DNA of 44,445 nucleotides from Paraspadella gotoi (Eukaryota > Animalia > Chaetognatha): the NCBI GenBank assembly GCA_051294375.1, contig CM119271.1:8525969-8570413 (forward strand), written 5' to 3'. The notes beneath the pieces are model-generated. The model saw only the letters and a program-made list of their open reading frames with translations, made no database searches and was not told the DNA's origin. Of this stretch, positions 1 through 12,200 are shown piece by piece; positions within the stretch are counted from its first letter, which is position 1; every line of letters starts with the position of its first letter. Position numbers and translations under genes: made by a program.

Positions 1-404
1 CAACGGCCCCTTTGGGCTCCACCCCTCCCCCGACCACCCCCCAGCCGCCAACTCTCTCTCCACGCTCAAGCATCGTACATCTTCCGAAGATACTTACTGA
101 GCTTCTTTTCCTCGGTCATCGTTTCGCTCGTCCTCTTTGTCGTCCCCGCGTGTCATAAGCAACTCGCCCATTGATTCTCTTTACGCTTTATCATCTCTCT
201 CACTCTCCATCTCTCCGTCTCTCTCTCTCTCTCTCTCTCTCCTCTCTCGATCGTCTCTCTCTCTCTCTCTCTACTCTCTCTCTCTCATTTTTTTCCCTTT
301 CCTTTTTCTTTTTCTTTTCCTTTTTTCCTCGTTTTCCTTTTCATTCTCTCTTTCGCAATCCAAGCCATTACCCATATTTTTTTTTTTTCTCTATTCCCTT
401 TAAG

Positions 405-589
405 GTGTTCAACACAGAATACGTAAGTCCACACCTGGGACTTGGGCTGCTTATTCTTTTTTCTTCTACCTTCTTTTCCTTCGTCAGGAACGGGTTGGAG
501 GCCCAGAGGGGCCGTTGGAGGCTTCGTCTGCGATGAAGGAATGGCTTGGTTTTTGCGGCGGTGGCCACTGGCCAGACGTGGAAGGCTAG
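405..589 (+). CDS. Possible 18-nt microexon plus terminal exon of an upstream gene
   Basis: Long pyrimidine tract then aag|GTGTTCAACACAGAATAC|gtaagt (405-422), a 65-nt intron ending tcgtcag, then a GC-rich segment from 488. One frame reads VFNTEY-ERVGGPEGPLEASSAMKEWLGFCGGGHWPDVEG*. Frame and identity are uncertain. Confidence 0.3.
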
Positions 590-860
590 ATAATAATGAC
601 TGTAATTGGCGCATTTTGAAAAAGAAAAGAATTTGAGTGTGGAATTCAACACCGTCACGTTGTATTCGTAGTTGCATTTAATGGGACTTGGAAAATCGTT
701 TATCAATAATATGTTCCATCCTTGATCTTAAAGTTTAAAAGATCCAACTTATCAAATGGGGACCGAACCATTGCGACGGAAGGAGAGCATTCTGGACTCA
801 GAGAATGAAAAGCTGAATTACGCGTGAGCTCATTCTCTTTTTCACTTCTCCTTTCTACGA

Positions 861-1032
861 TAGCCTAGCCTAGCCTAGCCTAGTCTAGTCTAGTCTAGTC
901 TAATATAGTCTAGTCTAGTCTAGTATAGTCTAATATAGTCTAGTCTAGTCTAGTCTAGTCTAGTCTAATATAGTCTAGTCTAGTCTAGTGTAGTTTAGTC
1001 TAGCCATGTCTTGTCTTGTCTTGTCTTTAGTC
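861..1032. repeat. Compound pentanucleotide microsatellite (TAGCC)n(TAGTC)n(TTGTC)n
   Basis: Directly visible. Confidence 0.95.
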
Positions 1033-1861
1033 TTTTTTTCCTCCAGACCATTTTCAACAAACATATCCACCAATCCACATCCGAACCACAATCTGACCAC
1101 CACCACCCGAGAGAGAGGAGAGAGGAGCGGTGGTGTTATGTCTCACGAAAACATAAGGAATGATCTTTATATTTAATCCAACTAATACTAATCCATGCCT
1201 TAAACATATTACCTTTACTAAACGATTCTTATGACAATTTCACGGCGGTATTTTTTTTTTCCCCTTAATCCTTTCTTTGACACAGTGTGTTTGTTAATAA
1301 GCGAAGCTCGCAAGGATCGAGACCCCCAACCCGAACACGAAACATTCTAAAGATGGCTGTAAACACAGGATGTGCAACCGTTCACACGACGCGGGCCCGC
1401 ACGCACGTCTCGCTACGTCGACGAGTAGCTGACGCGCGGCGGCGGCTGCTGTCTGTGTTGGCTGAGGGAGTGCGGATGAGCGCAGAGGGGGAGAGACGGA
1501 CTCGATCGATATACGCGACGGAACGGGGGACGGGGTCGGGACGAAGACTGACGAAGTAGGATTAAGTTTACTCGAGAAGGTGAGTTGAAAGATGTCGTAG
1601 AATGGTCGTAGTGACCGAGAGAGATCGAGACATTTGGCTCGATGCGCGACTGCGAAATGCGACATGCAGCAACGCGCCTTCTCTCCCGTTCGTTGTTAAT
1701 AATCATACATACGCCCAGTCACTTTATCGACTCTCCTTTAATCACGGATAATACAAATAATGGAATTTCACGTTTGTTCTAAAATTATAATATAAAATAA
1801 TTCAGCTCCTTGTATTTTGATGCTAGTGCAGTAGTACATATAGTATTCCCGATTCTAATAC

Positions 1862-2130
1862 TTAAGGGAGTGGTCTTTTCATACAATTGAACACTTCTTT
1901 GAAATATTTTCACTTTATTGACTAGGAAAAGCCAGGTTCACTGACAGATAGAATAAATAAGACAGTGAGAGAGTCTTGATTAAAGCTTGCAGAAACCTGC
2001 TATGTTTATATCTTGTAAGAGTGATGGAGGCCTAAACCACCAAAGCCTTGTCCAAGTCCAGGACAAGATAGCTTATTTTATTAAATGATATGGATAATTT
2101 TTTATATTGGTGTGTACCAATTTCATGAAA
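1862..2130 (+). mobile_element. Dispersed repeat family (left end of a TTAA-flanked DNA transposon); copies at 19258-19520 and 30425-30690, partial copies from about 10398, 19546 and 21521
   Basis: Shared sequence TTAAGGGAG.GGTCTTTTCATACAATTGAA...AGAGAGTCTTG...TATCTTGTAA.AGTG.TGGA.GCC..AAACCACCAAAGCC.TGTCCAA...TGTACCAATTTCAT at several loci, with homology starting at TTAA|GG. Confidence 0.6.
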
Positions 2131-2942
2131 GTTTACGACGAGATTTCTCATTCCCCCCCCTACCCTCCCTCCACCTCCACTCCTCCACTTCAGCCGCCGC
2201 TCCCACGCCTTTCCTCNNNNNNNNNNNNNNNNNNNNNNNNNGCGCCCGTTAACGCTTCCCCCTTGCTGACCCATATCGACTCCCCCTCCATAGCCCTTCC
2301 CCGCCCCACGTTCTCTCGCTTCCAAAGAAATATTGCTGTTGATTTCTTACTCACCTCAGGTGAGAGAGTAAGAGTGATGAGTAACAACTCGGCGCCAAGA
2401 CAAATAAAGCGTGTGATATGATGATACAAGGATATGTCACTTGATGTATCGCACCGCCAAGCCCTCGAGAGCCACGGCACCCCGCCACCCTGAGACTGCC
2501 GATCCCGGTGTCTGGCCCGCGAGCCGAAAGAGGAGTAGAGGGGGAGAGAAGGAGAGAGTAAAGAGAAGGAGAAGGAAGAGAGAGGAGGGAAGAAGGGAAG
2601 GGTGAGTCAAGAAGGGGTGCAATCGCCTTTTTGTTCAATCGCTTGAAAGGCCGTGAGACCTTCCGCGTGAGAGGAGCAGAGAAGACGTCAGAGAGAGATT
2701 ATGGCTTTTCGACTTTTTATGTTGAAACATGTCAAATATTAATATTGATAAATATGTGCATAAGTGATATCGCTTTTTTTAAATTGATGAAAGGAGGAAT
2801 GGGCATTACAAATAAGAGAAAAAGAAGAGCAGAGAAGGAGCAGAGTGAAGGAGAAGTAAAGAGAGAGGGAGAGAGAGAGAGAGAGAGAGAGAGAAGAGAG
2901 AAGAGAAGACGGAGAGATGAGAGAGGAGAAGAGAGAGGAGAG

Positions 2943-3802
2943 GAACCCTGCCTCTCCCGAGTGGCCGCCGACCCGTCCTGCAACTGGGGCCTGGGGGACG
3001 CCCTCCGCGCTCGTCTCGCCCGCGAGGAGGCCGAGGCTCAAAACTTCGTCGAGGACTCTCTCGCCTCCATCTACCAGATGTCGTTTTGTCCGCCAGATTC
3101 CTGCGTCGATGTGGTGAGTGGAGTTGCTCTTTTGTTTTTTTTACGAAAAAGCGGTCATTCCTTTTATTTAGATTTTCTTTGGTTCTTTTATTTTCTTTCG
3201 GATGTGTAAAATAACGACATTACGGACCAAAAAAAAAACAACTCAAGATAGCAAAACATAATTAATGTTCAACTTGCTATCAATATTCGTTTCGAAATGA
3301 TATCTTTGTAATTAGTCGATTAGTCTAATCATATTGTCAATTTTCCATAGTTTTGAGGCGACTTACGATCGGTCTCTCTCTCTTTTATTTCGTCTTCTAC
3401 GGTTTTACTATTTATTGATTTTAAAGGCTATTTCTCGAATCGTCTTCTGTTTTTGTTTTTTTCTGGTTTTCATTATCTATTGTCTTTTTCTTTTTCGCCT
3501 TTTATCACCACCTCCAGGTGGAGAGCCAAGGAGCCGGCGGCCGCTGCCCCGCCCCCAGCGAACGACGCCGACGCCGCGAGGCCGAGGGACTGCCCTGCAT
3601 GCCCGACGGGCTGATTCGAGAGGCGCGGCCGGACACGCAACTGGAGGTTGTGGCGGCGACGCGGTTCGACCACGTTCTACACTCCGCGTCCGCGGATCCT
3701 TGCCAAAAATGCGGCGGCGAACTTACCGTGGGTAGGGCGCTGCACAACGTCAACGTGTACGTGGATCGAGTGGCGGCCGCGGCGGAGAAATCCATCGTTT
3801 GA
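2943..3802 (+). CDS. Last two exons of an unidentified Cys-containing protein (5' part not resolvable)
   Basis: GC-rich coding-like segment about 2943-3113 (EPCLSRVAADPSCNWGLGDALRARLAREEAEAQNFVEDSLASIYQMSFCPPDSCVDV) ending at donor gtgagt. Phase-0 intron with pyrimidine tract and ccag acceptor. Terminal exon 3518-3802 (VESQGAGGRCPAPSERRRRREAEGLPC...CQKCGGELTVGRALHNVNVYVDRVAAAAEKSIV*). Upstream is a (GA)n tract with no recognisable acceptor. Confidence 0.6.
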
Positions 3803-4097
3803 GGATGCGGGGGTGAAGAGGTGGAGAAGGGGGTTGGGGAAATGGGTTGAGGGTGAGAAATTAGGGGGTAAAAGCTGGGAGGGAGAATAGAGAAGATAAA
3901 AGCTCTTTTTATTTTTTTTTTGGGTAATATAATGTTATTATTTTTATAAACAAGTAATACCAGACAGTGTCATATTTCGATGTTCTTATTTCTCCTGATT
4001 TAGGTGTAGTTTCACGGTTAAACTTTACCCCTCATATTTTGCTATTTTCTTCGTCTCCTTTTTCTTATGCGAAACCAACCTCTCTAATACTTAGGCG

Positions 4098-4134
<37 letters not shown>

Positions 4135-6383
4135 GAGTCATATACTCAGCTCTCCCGAACGCCAGCCGTAGACCGGAGCGGACGGCGCGCGGCTGCCATC
4201 CGATCGACTCCACTTCTCCTTCCGGGCTTCTTCCGCCTCGGATCGGGAGATTTTCTCTCTCTCCGGGCTTCTTCCGCGTCGAAGGTCCGAGCGGATCGGG
4301 GCGCGATATCTCTTCCTTTCTCTACTCTCTCTCTCTCTCTCACACTCTCTCTTTTGCTCTTGCCGTCTCGCTCTCCTCTTTCTATCTTTATTTTTTCTTT
4401 TAATTGTATTTATTTTGTCATTCCCTCTTCCTCTTTAAATTTCTCATCAAATTTATTATATTTAAACTTGATTAATTTTTTTTTTAAATTAACTAATTTT
4501 GAGAAAATGCCATTACTAACTTTAATTAACGGACATTCTCTTTTAGGGATAGCGTACTTCAGTTATTTTAACGAATTTTTTTTCCTCTATTTAGGCCGAA
4601 AAAATAATAATGAATTTGAATTAAAAAATAAGGTCTTCTTGAAAATAATCACCCAGTGAAAACAAACAAGAAAAACAAATAATTGCCAAGCTGGAATCCA
4701 ATACATATCAATATTATTCTAAATTAGAAAAAAGATGTTCAAAAAAACAAAATTTTTTTGACATTGTTAAAAAGAATTATTTTTTATTAATTTCAGAATG
4801 TTTAAAAAAGTACACTTAGGAATTTAAAAAATCATGAAGTCTTATACCACTTTTGTAGAGCTGACAATTAGGCTAAATTTTTGCACATACTATGTTTTTT
4901 TTTATAAATAACCTTAAGTTTTAATTGATTGTGAATTTGTAAAATATTAAAAAGGTAAAGAAATCATAAGTTGATGCTCAAATTCAATAGACCTCATTGG
5001 GGGCCGAGAAGATAATACTAAAGACATTTTAGAATTGAGTAAAAATTGATGTCAGATATTGCCACATGTCTGCGGTTACAAAATGAAGCCACAAATTTAA
5101 GTCTCTATGGTAAGGCTACTCAGACAATATCTCCACCTTAATTAACTTGAAAATACCAACACAAGAAAAAATTTATACTGTATTTATTAACTAGTAGTAT
5201 AATATGGTTTGATTATATTAATTAAAGTAGTAGTAGTAAGTCAGGGTCAGTAGTTGTAGTTAGTAGCTTAGGAATTCCAACAAATGTTTTGCACGGCTTT
5301 TGTTCTTCAAACTTGCTACACTCCTGGTATAAGCCTAAGGCGACCTCTCAAAACAGTACGGCACTAAGGGAGCTTTCATGAGACAGAAAAAGGACAACCT
5401 TTTAAAAACTGTGCCTAGACCTTTTTTTTGGAAAATTTGATATTTAGTCATATTGAATTAAATTTAAATTTTAATAGCGAGAAATTTAAATTCTGCTTTT
5501 AAAAGTAAGAAAAAAAATATTTTAAAATTTTGACATTTACAATATTTAAATATGGGCTATGCGAAGAATGCAAAATAAAAAAAAATTATTTTTTAAAAAT
5601 ATTTCACAGCTGCATTGCTCAATATTTTTATTCTACTTTTGATTTCTAAAATTTTTCTATCTCTTTACTCTTCATACGTCTCCTCTGCGTAACAAAAATG
5701 CAAATAATTATATTTATCATCTCAATTTGATCATCATTTTTATCCTTATCCATATTTTCAATTGTTTTCAGCATATTTAAAACTTATGAGATGTTTGCCG
5801 TATTATCTATAATATTTATTATTTTAAGCCTCAAAAATCTTCGAATATTAAATAAAAAATTGGTGACTAAATTTTTTAATTTTTTTTCCCTTTCTTTTTT
5901 CTTTCTTTTCTCTCTTCTCGTTCTTTCTGTTCTTTCTTTTTTTTTCTTTTTTTGACATCGGGAAATGGACCCTACAATAAATGTATATACTTTCTAAAAA
6001 GGCCTTATCTCTTTATAAAGAGACTCCCGGATCCGCGCGAACCTAATGATTCGATTACCGCTCGGAGGCAAGAGAGAAAGAGCCTCGGCATGGTGACGAG
6101 GGTAAGAGAGAGAGAAGAGAAGTAAGGTCCGCCGCTGCAGCTACGATCGGGATCGACTTTTGCAGCCGCTGCTGGATCCGGGAGATAAGGGAGAAGGAGA
6201 GGTAAGAGGAGTAAGAATAGCCGAGCGGCAAAAAGTCGACAGGCAGGAGAAGCCCGATCGGCGTGTCCGCGCGGCTGCTCCCCGCGAGGCTGCGCGTTTC
6301 TCGGGCATTGCTGAGCTTTTATAGCCTGCACTCTCTCTCTTCTCATCTCTTCTCTGCCTCTCTCTCTCTCTCTCTCTCCCTCG

Positions 6384-6417
<34 letters not shown>

Positions 6418-8461
6418 CTCTCCCTGTCTCGCGCGTCTTCCTCTCACGACGCGCCGCATAAGAAAGTCATTTGAATCATTTCTTTCCTTTTTTCTTTCAC
6501 TACGTGATGAAAAGAGGCCTGTGTCTCCCTCTCTCTCTCTCCACAGCTCCCTCTTCTGTACAGCTCTCTCTCTCTCTCTCTCTTTCTCCCTCTCTCTCTC
6601 TCACGCTCTTCTCTCCTCTCTCTCTCTCAATCTTCTCTCAGTCTTTTTTCCGCGTCTCTTACACATATGGTGCTGCCGTCCGCGATGAGACAAAGGAGCA
6701 GTAAACTTGTAACGCCGAGCAGCCTCGTACCGATCGTTCATCGGCTGTAGGTTATGGGAACGTGAGAGAGATGAGAGAGAGAGTAGTGCGGTGGGCGCGA
6801 GCGGCACGCAGAACGAGATGAGAGGTAGGAGCGAAGAGGAGAGAGAAGAGATGACATTGACAAGGATATGAAGGAAGACTGCCCGGCTGAGGAGGCGCTG
6901 TAGTTTTGAAAATGGCCGACGAGGGGAGGCCGATGTTTGGAAGTTGAGGAGTATTTACTGGGAGCATTCAGTCATGAGAGGGAAGGATATCTTTTATGGA
7001 GCGAGACGTTAATGACGTGTCGTCGTTCGTCGAGTAGAGAGAGAGAGAAATCAGTAAGTCAGTCGACTCGGAGGAAACTAACGTAAAGACGCGCTCGCGA
7101 TAAGCGAGTGCAAAAAACAGTCGGTCCATGTTTGAGCGACGAAAGACATGTCAAGGATACGGAGAAAGACATGTTGTCGTCATGAAAGAGGATCTCCGAG
7201 ATCAGAACTCTTAATTACGCGCGGCGAAGGATAGTGAGAAAGACTAATGAGTTCAGGATCCTTAAAAAAACGCGGTAAGTTGAGTACCGACAACATCAAT
7301 AAATATGATGGCGTGGCAGGAATAGTCCGTTAAATAAAGAAGGAGGGGGCATGAAGAGATAGAGAAGCGATTCTTCGATAACTCCGAACCCTCGATCTAT
7401 CTAGAGAAGATAACTACAATAGTAGATTGTATATAGGCGCGCGAAAAAGAAAAGTAGAAAGTTATTTAATATATTTTATATCTTAGTTCTTTTCCATAAA
7501 GAGAATGAGGCAAAAATGTCAGTAAAAAGTAAAATATGTATTTGATTGGCTAATTATAAAAGGATAGACTATCTGGAAGAGGACACGACGATTGACTTTC
7601 TCTATATATTCTTTCGTTTTCTCGTATCCTGATCTCGTAGTCTGGTGTGCTTGACGCTTTTAGATAACCGGGTGGATAACACGCTCTCTTCGAATGTATT
7701 AGATATTCGAAATCTATTTAATATTGCAGCTCTCGTAAGCATGTCGGCAGTGCGGCAGGTGCGGCAGTTAACTTGCCTCACTTAACGCTCAGCAAGCTGT
7801 TGCTCTTTCTTGGTGCTGCTTACTCATTCTTCGGACGCGCCGAGCGAGCCTCTCGATATGCAGTTCGCAATGAACGGCTATTGCAGTAGCATTATATATA
7901 ATGAATATATATTATATATAATTGGGTAGCGAGACTCTGGTTCCCCGTCAGCTGGTTGGCGCGGCAGCGGCCGACTCTGGGGGAAACGGACGTTTTAAGA
8001 CGGTGGGGATATTAACATATTGGTTCAGATTGGTAATACTGAGTACTTTTAGCAAAATAGAGACAGGTAAAGAAATCATAACGAGATAAATCATCACGCA
8101 AGAAAAAACAATGAGATGAACGCGCAGAAGAATAGATAAGATTTAACGAAAAAAGGTAGATAAGAGAAAAAGAAAGACATAGAAATCTATCCTTCCTCTT
8201 TCTTTTNNNNNNNNNNNNNNNNNNNNNNNNNTCCCTCTCAAACATATGGCGCCAGCGCATGACAAAGGAGCATAAAAGGAGAAGCGGCGTCGGTGTCGGT
8301 GGCGCCGCGTGGTGGAGAAGGGAGAGAATGACATGACAAAAGAGCATTAGCCCCGGCTGACAGGTGAGTCTTGAAAAATGGCCGACGAGGGGAGGCCCGA
8401 TGTTTGAAGTTGGGGATATTACGGAGCATCAGTCATGGGGAAGATATTTATGGCGTAATGA

Positions 8462-8499
<38 letters not shown>

Positions 8500-9257
8500 G
8501 CGTTTGCGACGATGTCAGGCCCGGGGTTGTCGTCAAGGTTCGTCGCCTGTTCCGGAGAGAAATGAGAAGATATTGAGGGGTTGAGTCCAAAAAGAAAGGG
8601 GCGGGCGGAGAGGGGGGGGGAAAGACGATTCTCGTAACTCGACCCTCGTTTCTGAAGACTCGTTGTTGTTTCGCCGGTGAGTTTTATTTTTTTTATTTTT
8701 TCATGAGACCAAAAGGAGTAATAGTATTTATATTTAATGATATAAGGACAACTTGACTATAATTTTCGTCCGTATTTCCGTACGGTTTCGTTTTAGATAA
8801 CCCGGATACTTCTTCGATGTGAATTTCGATAAAAATCAATTTAAATCTGTTTAAACTAGTAAGATAACTTCGTCACTTAACAAAGCTTTCTCTTTCTTTT
8901 TACTCATTCTCGAGCGACAGGAGCCGTATATAATTGAATAATATATTATATATAATTGAATAATATATTATATATAATTGAATATTTCCCCGTCTTCAAC
9001 GAGAGTTTACTTTAGGTCCGTATCTAGTACTTTTAGCAATAGGCTAAGATAGGTAAATCAACGAAAGAAAAAAAGGAAATAGAAAACCGGATAATTTTAA
9101 CGAAAGGTAAAAGAAGAAAAAAAACTAGAAATACCGAGAAGTGAAGCGACCTACCATTTAGGATTTTTCTCACGGACTTACCCGATCAATAAAAAGAAAA
9201 TCCCGATTGGTAAGTCGTTTCAGAATATCGAAAAAAGGATAACGACGACGACAAAAG

Positions 9258-12200
9258 ATGGGGGGATGCGAGGATCAAAAATGCAACAAGATTCTGGCTA
9301 TCGTCGCGTTTGCTTTGAGTCTTTTCGCCTTGGTCTTCCTCATTGCGCTCGCCTTGTGAGTTGAAGTTGAAGAGTTAAACACCCAATACCCGAAATATAA
9401 TCTTATGTCGCTGGTTCGAGAGTTGAATTTCCCCCGGCTGAAAATTATTTTAAGGGGTGTGGCGGTATATTCACACCGCCTCATGTCCACCGTCGTTCTG
9501 CCAAAACAATTGGCTCAGAGGGGGAACACACCCTCCCGGCCGTTGTGTTCCATCCACAACCCTAACGTCTTACTTCTGCGTTGGCAAAGCGAGACCGTCT
9601 TAGGGCAATCGTGCCAGTGGTTGCATGCGTCACTGAGGGTCGGAATCCCCCGAAGCCACCAGTGAGATCCCCCATCGCAATGGGCGTCACGGATTCACAG
9701 ATTCACAGATTCCTTGTTCTGAAGAGACAGTAATTATTATTATGTGTTAGTGACAGAAACCGTTCAATATAAGCAGTCCCTGAGCTTCGGATCAGGCTGT
9801 AACACCATGTTACAGGCGGTTTAAGCGCCCCGTCGCCTCTTTAACTGCCAGACGACCCACCCGCGGCTAGAACCCCGGACCTTTGGGTTGGGAGGACGAA
9901 TGGACTTGCCTCCCGGCAGCCAATGGCCGCTGAGAACGGTTGGTGGATTTTAGTCCACCATACATCCCCCCCCTCCCCGTAGGGAGAAATCTGTTGCTCT
10001 CTTCAGTGAATTGTTGTTGGTTTGGTGGAAAGTTCGTCACCAAGTTGAGGGCATGTCGCCTGATGTGTTGTGGGCGGAAAGTGCATCGCCAGGTTGAGGC
10101 ATGGTCGCCTGAGAGTGTTGTTGTTGCCTGTTGGTGTTCGGAAGTCGGGTGTCTACCACAATAAGAGACAGTAATTATTATTATGTTTAGTGACAGAACC
10201 GTTCAAATATAGCAGTCCCTGAGCTTCGGATCAGGCTGTAACACCATGTTACAGCGGGTTTAAGCGGCCCCGTCCCTCTTAACTGCCAGACGACCACCGG
10301 GCTAGAACCCGGACCTTTGGGTTGGGAGCGATGATTGCCTCCGGCACCAATGGCCGCTGATGAACGGTTGTGGATTTTAGTCCACCATAGTTCATCATAT
10401 CTTGTAAGAGTGATGGAGGCCTTAAACCACAAAGCCTGTCCAAAGGTTAGCTTATTTTTTTAGATGATGTACTATATTTTTATTGTACCAATTTCATTTA
10501 TATTCGTTATTGCAAAAGGAATACCAAACATTAGTAACCGTAAATGCTTTGTAATTCGTCTTTAAGTTAATATAATGTAAAACGAAAATAAAAGTAAATA
10601 AGCTTACTGCCCCTTCATTATGACAATAGGACATACATTGCTCCGTCCTTCCAACAATATTTAGCGTCAACGCAATAAAGAGCTCTAACTTATTCGAATA
10701 TTTAGTTAAGATTCATGTCGTAAACCTAATCGGCCTTATTTAGCCTTAGAAAAAGGGTCATTCATTCAACTTCAAAATTAGGCCAAAAGTGAGTACAAAT
10801 TCAGAAAGCTGAGCTCCTGGGATTTCTGAAAATGGTATTCACTTTAAACATTTGACTGCATTCTACCCTATTTTATATCGGTTTTAATTATAATATAAAA
10901 TAAAAGAAACCTATCTGAAGAGTTGCAGGTCAAACGAAAAGGCCAATCCATCTGATATTTTTTAATGAATTTTTTTATTACTGAATTAGAAAAATGTAAT
11001 AGAGAGACATTTTTAAATTTCAACTTGTATCCTTGAAAATGAAACGTTTTTAAACTTTAACCCTGAATTCTTTCTAACTGGAACGCGTTTAATCAAAAAT
11101 GTCTCTCTATTACATTTTTACAAATGTTTTTTAAGATTGCGCTAATCAAATTTTAATTCAATTATTATTGCAGTCGTTTAGGCTGCAACTCTTCAAATTC
11201 AGTGTAGATTCATTGTAGCTCGAATTTCTTTACCATCTATTTAACTGAAGATTTTGTTCATGACTGGAAAACCAACAGAGTAACAAGATTAATTGTTTTA
11301 ATTCTCCCCTTCTAAACTAACCATACCGGTTTTAACTTCTTACCTAGAATTTTTTAACAAACAGATTGAAAAACAAAATCTTTAAAAAATGTGCTTACCC
11401 ATTTAACTTAACAATTTTGTTATTAACCGATTTCAAAAAAAATATTTAAAACACAATGTTGACATATAAATAAAATCTTTTTTTTGGTGATTACTGGTGA
11501 TTACGATGTATTTCTCGATGTTTTAGCTCTAATACATCAATGATTACGTAATTGTTATGCTGAATGACCTTTCCTCTTAAACGCCCCATTTTAAAGATTA
11601 GATTAAATATTAGGGTAAGGGTATTTTAGGTTAAGGAGTAGGTTTAAGCGATTAAGGTTCGCAAATTAGGGTTGGGGATTAAAGACAAGGTTATAGCTAA
11701 CTTAACCTTAATCCCAAACCCTGATTTTTAATTTTTAACCTTGTCCCTTAGCTGCTAAGGACAAGGTTAAAAATTAAAAATCAGGGTTTGGGATTAAGGT
11801 TAAGAATTGGGTTCTAAGTTTAAAAATTTATTTATATTAAACGTTAAGGTTAAAATTTGGGATAAAGGAAACATAAATGGGGGGGCTCTGGAAAAGAGAA
11901 CCCACTAAGTCTGCATTTAAAAAAAAAAGCCAAACCCACCTCTGTCAGCGTGTACTGGTGTCCGGTTTTGGATCTAATCCTCGTTATCATCGCGTTCCCG
12001 TGCGGCCTGATCGCCTCATCATGGCCCTGGTCAAACCCGGATCTGAACGTTGCCATCTTCACTCTCGCCATCATCAGCATCTGTACCAGTGGCATCGCCA
12101 TCATTGTGATACTTCTCGGTTTCTTACGTGAGAACCAAAAAAAAAAAAAAAAAAATGAGTTGGGGGGGGAAGATTGAAAAGAAAATCTATGTCCTATCTG

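Larger units (their letters stand above)
9720..10389 (-). mobile_element. Head-to-tail ribozyme-containing repeat (retrozyme/SINE-like), about 1.6 units of about 440 nt
   Basis: About 240 nt (gaagagacagtaatt...ttagtccaccata) recurs at about 9720 and about 10163. Each copy contains, on the minus strand, a tRNA-like module and a twister-like motif. The spacer has two about 48-nt sub-repeats with hairpins. Confidence 0.7.

Noticed and set aside
2-100. Possible C-terminus of an upstream CDS (NGPFGLHPSPDHPPAANSLSTLKHRTSSEDTY*)
   Set aside because: Too short, truncated by the window edge, with no recognisable motif; other frames are equally open.
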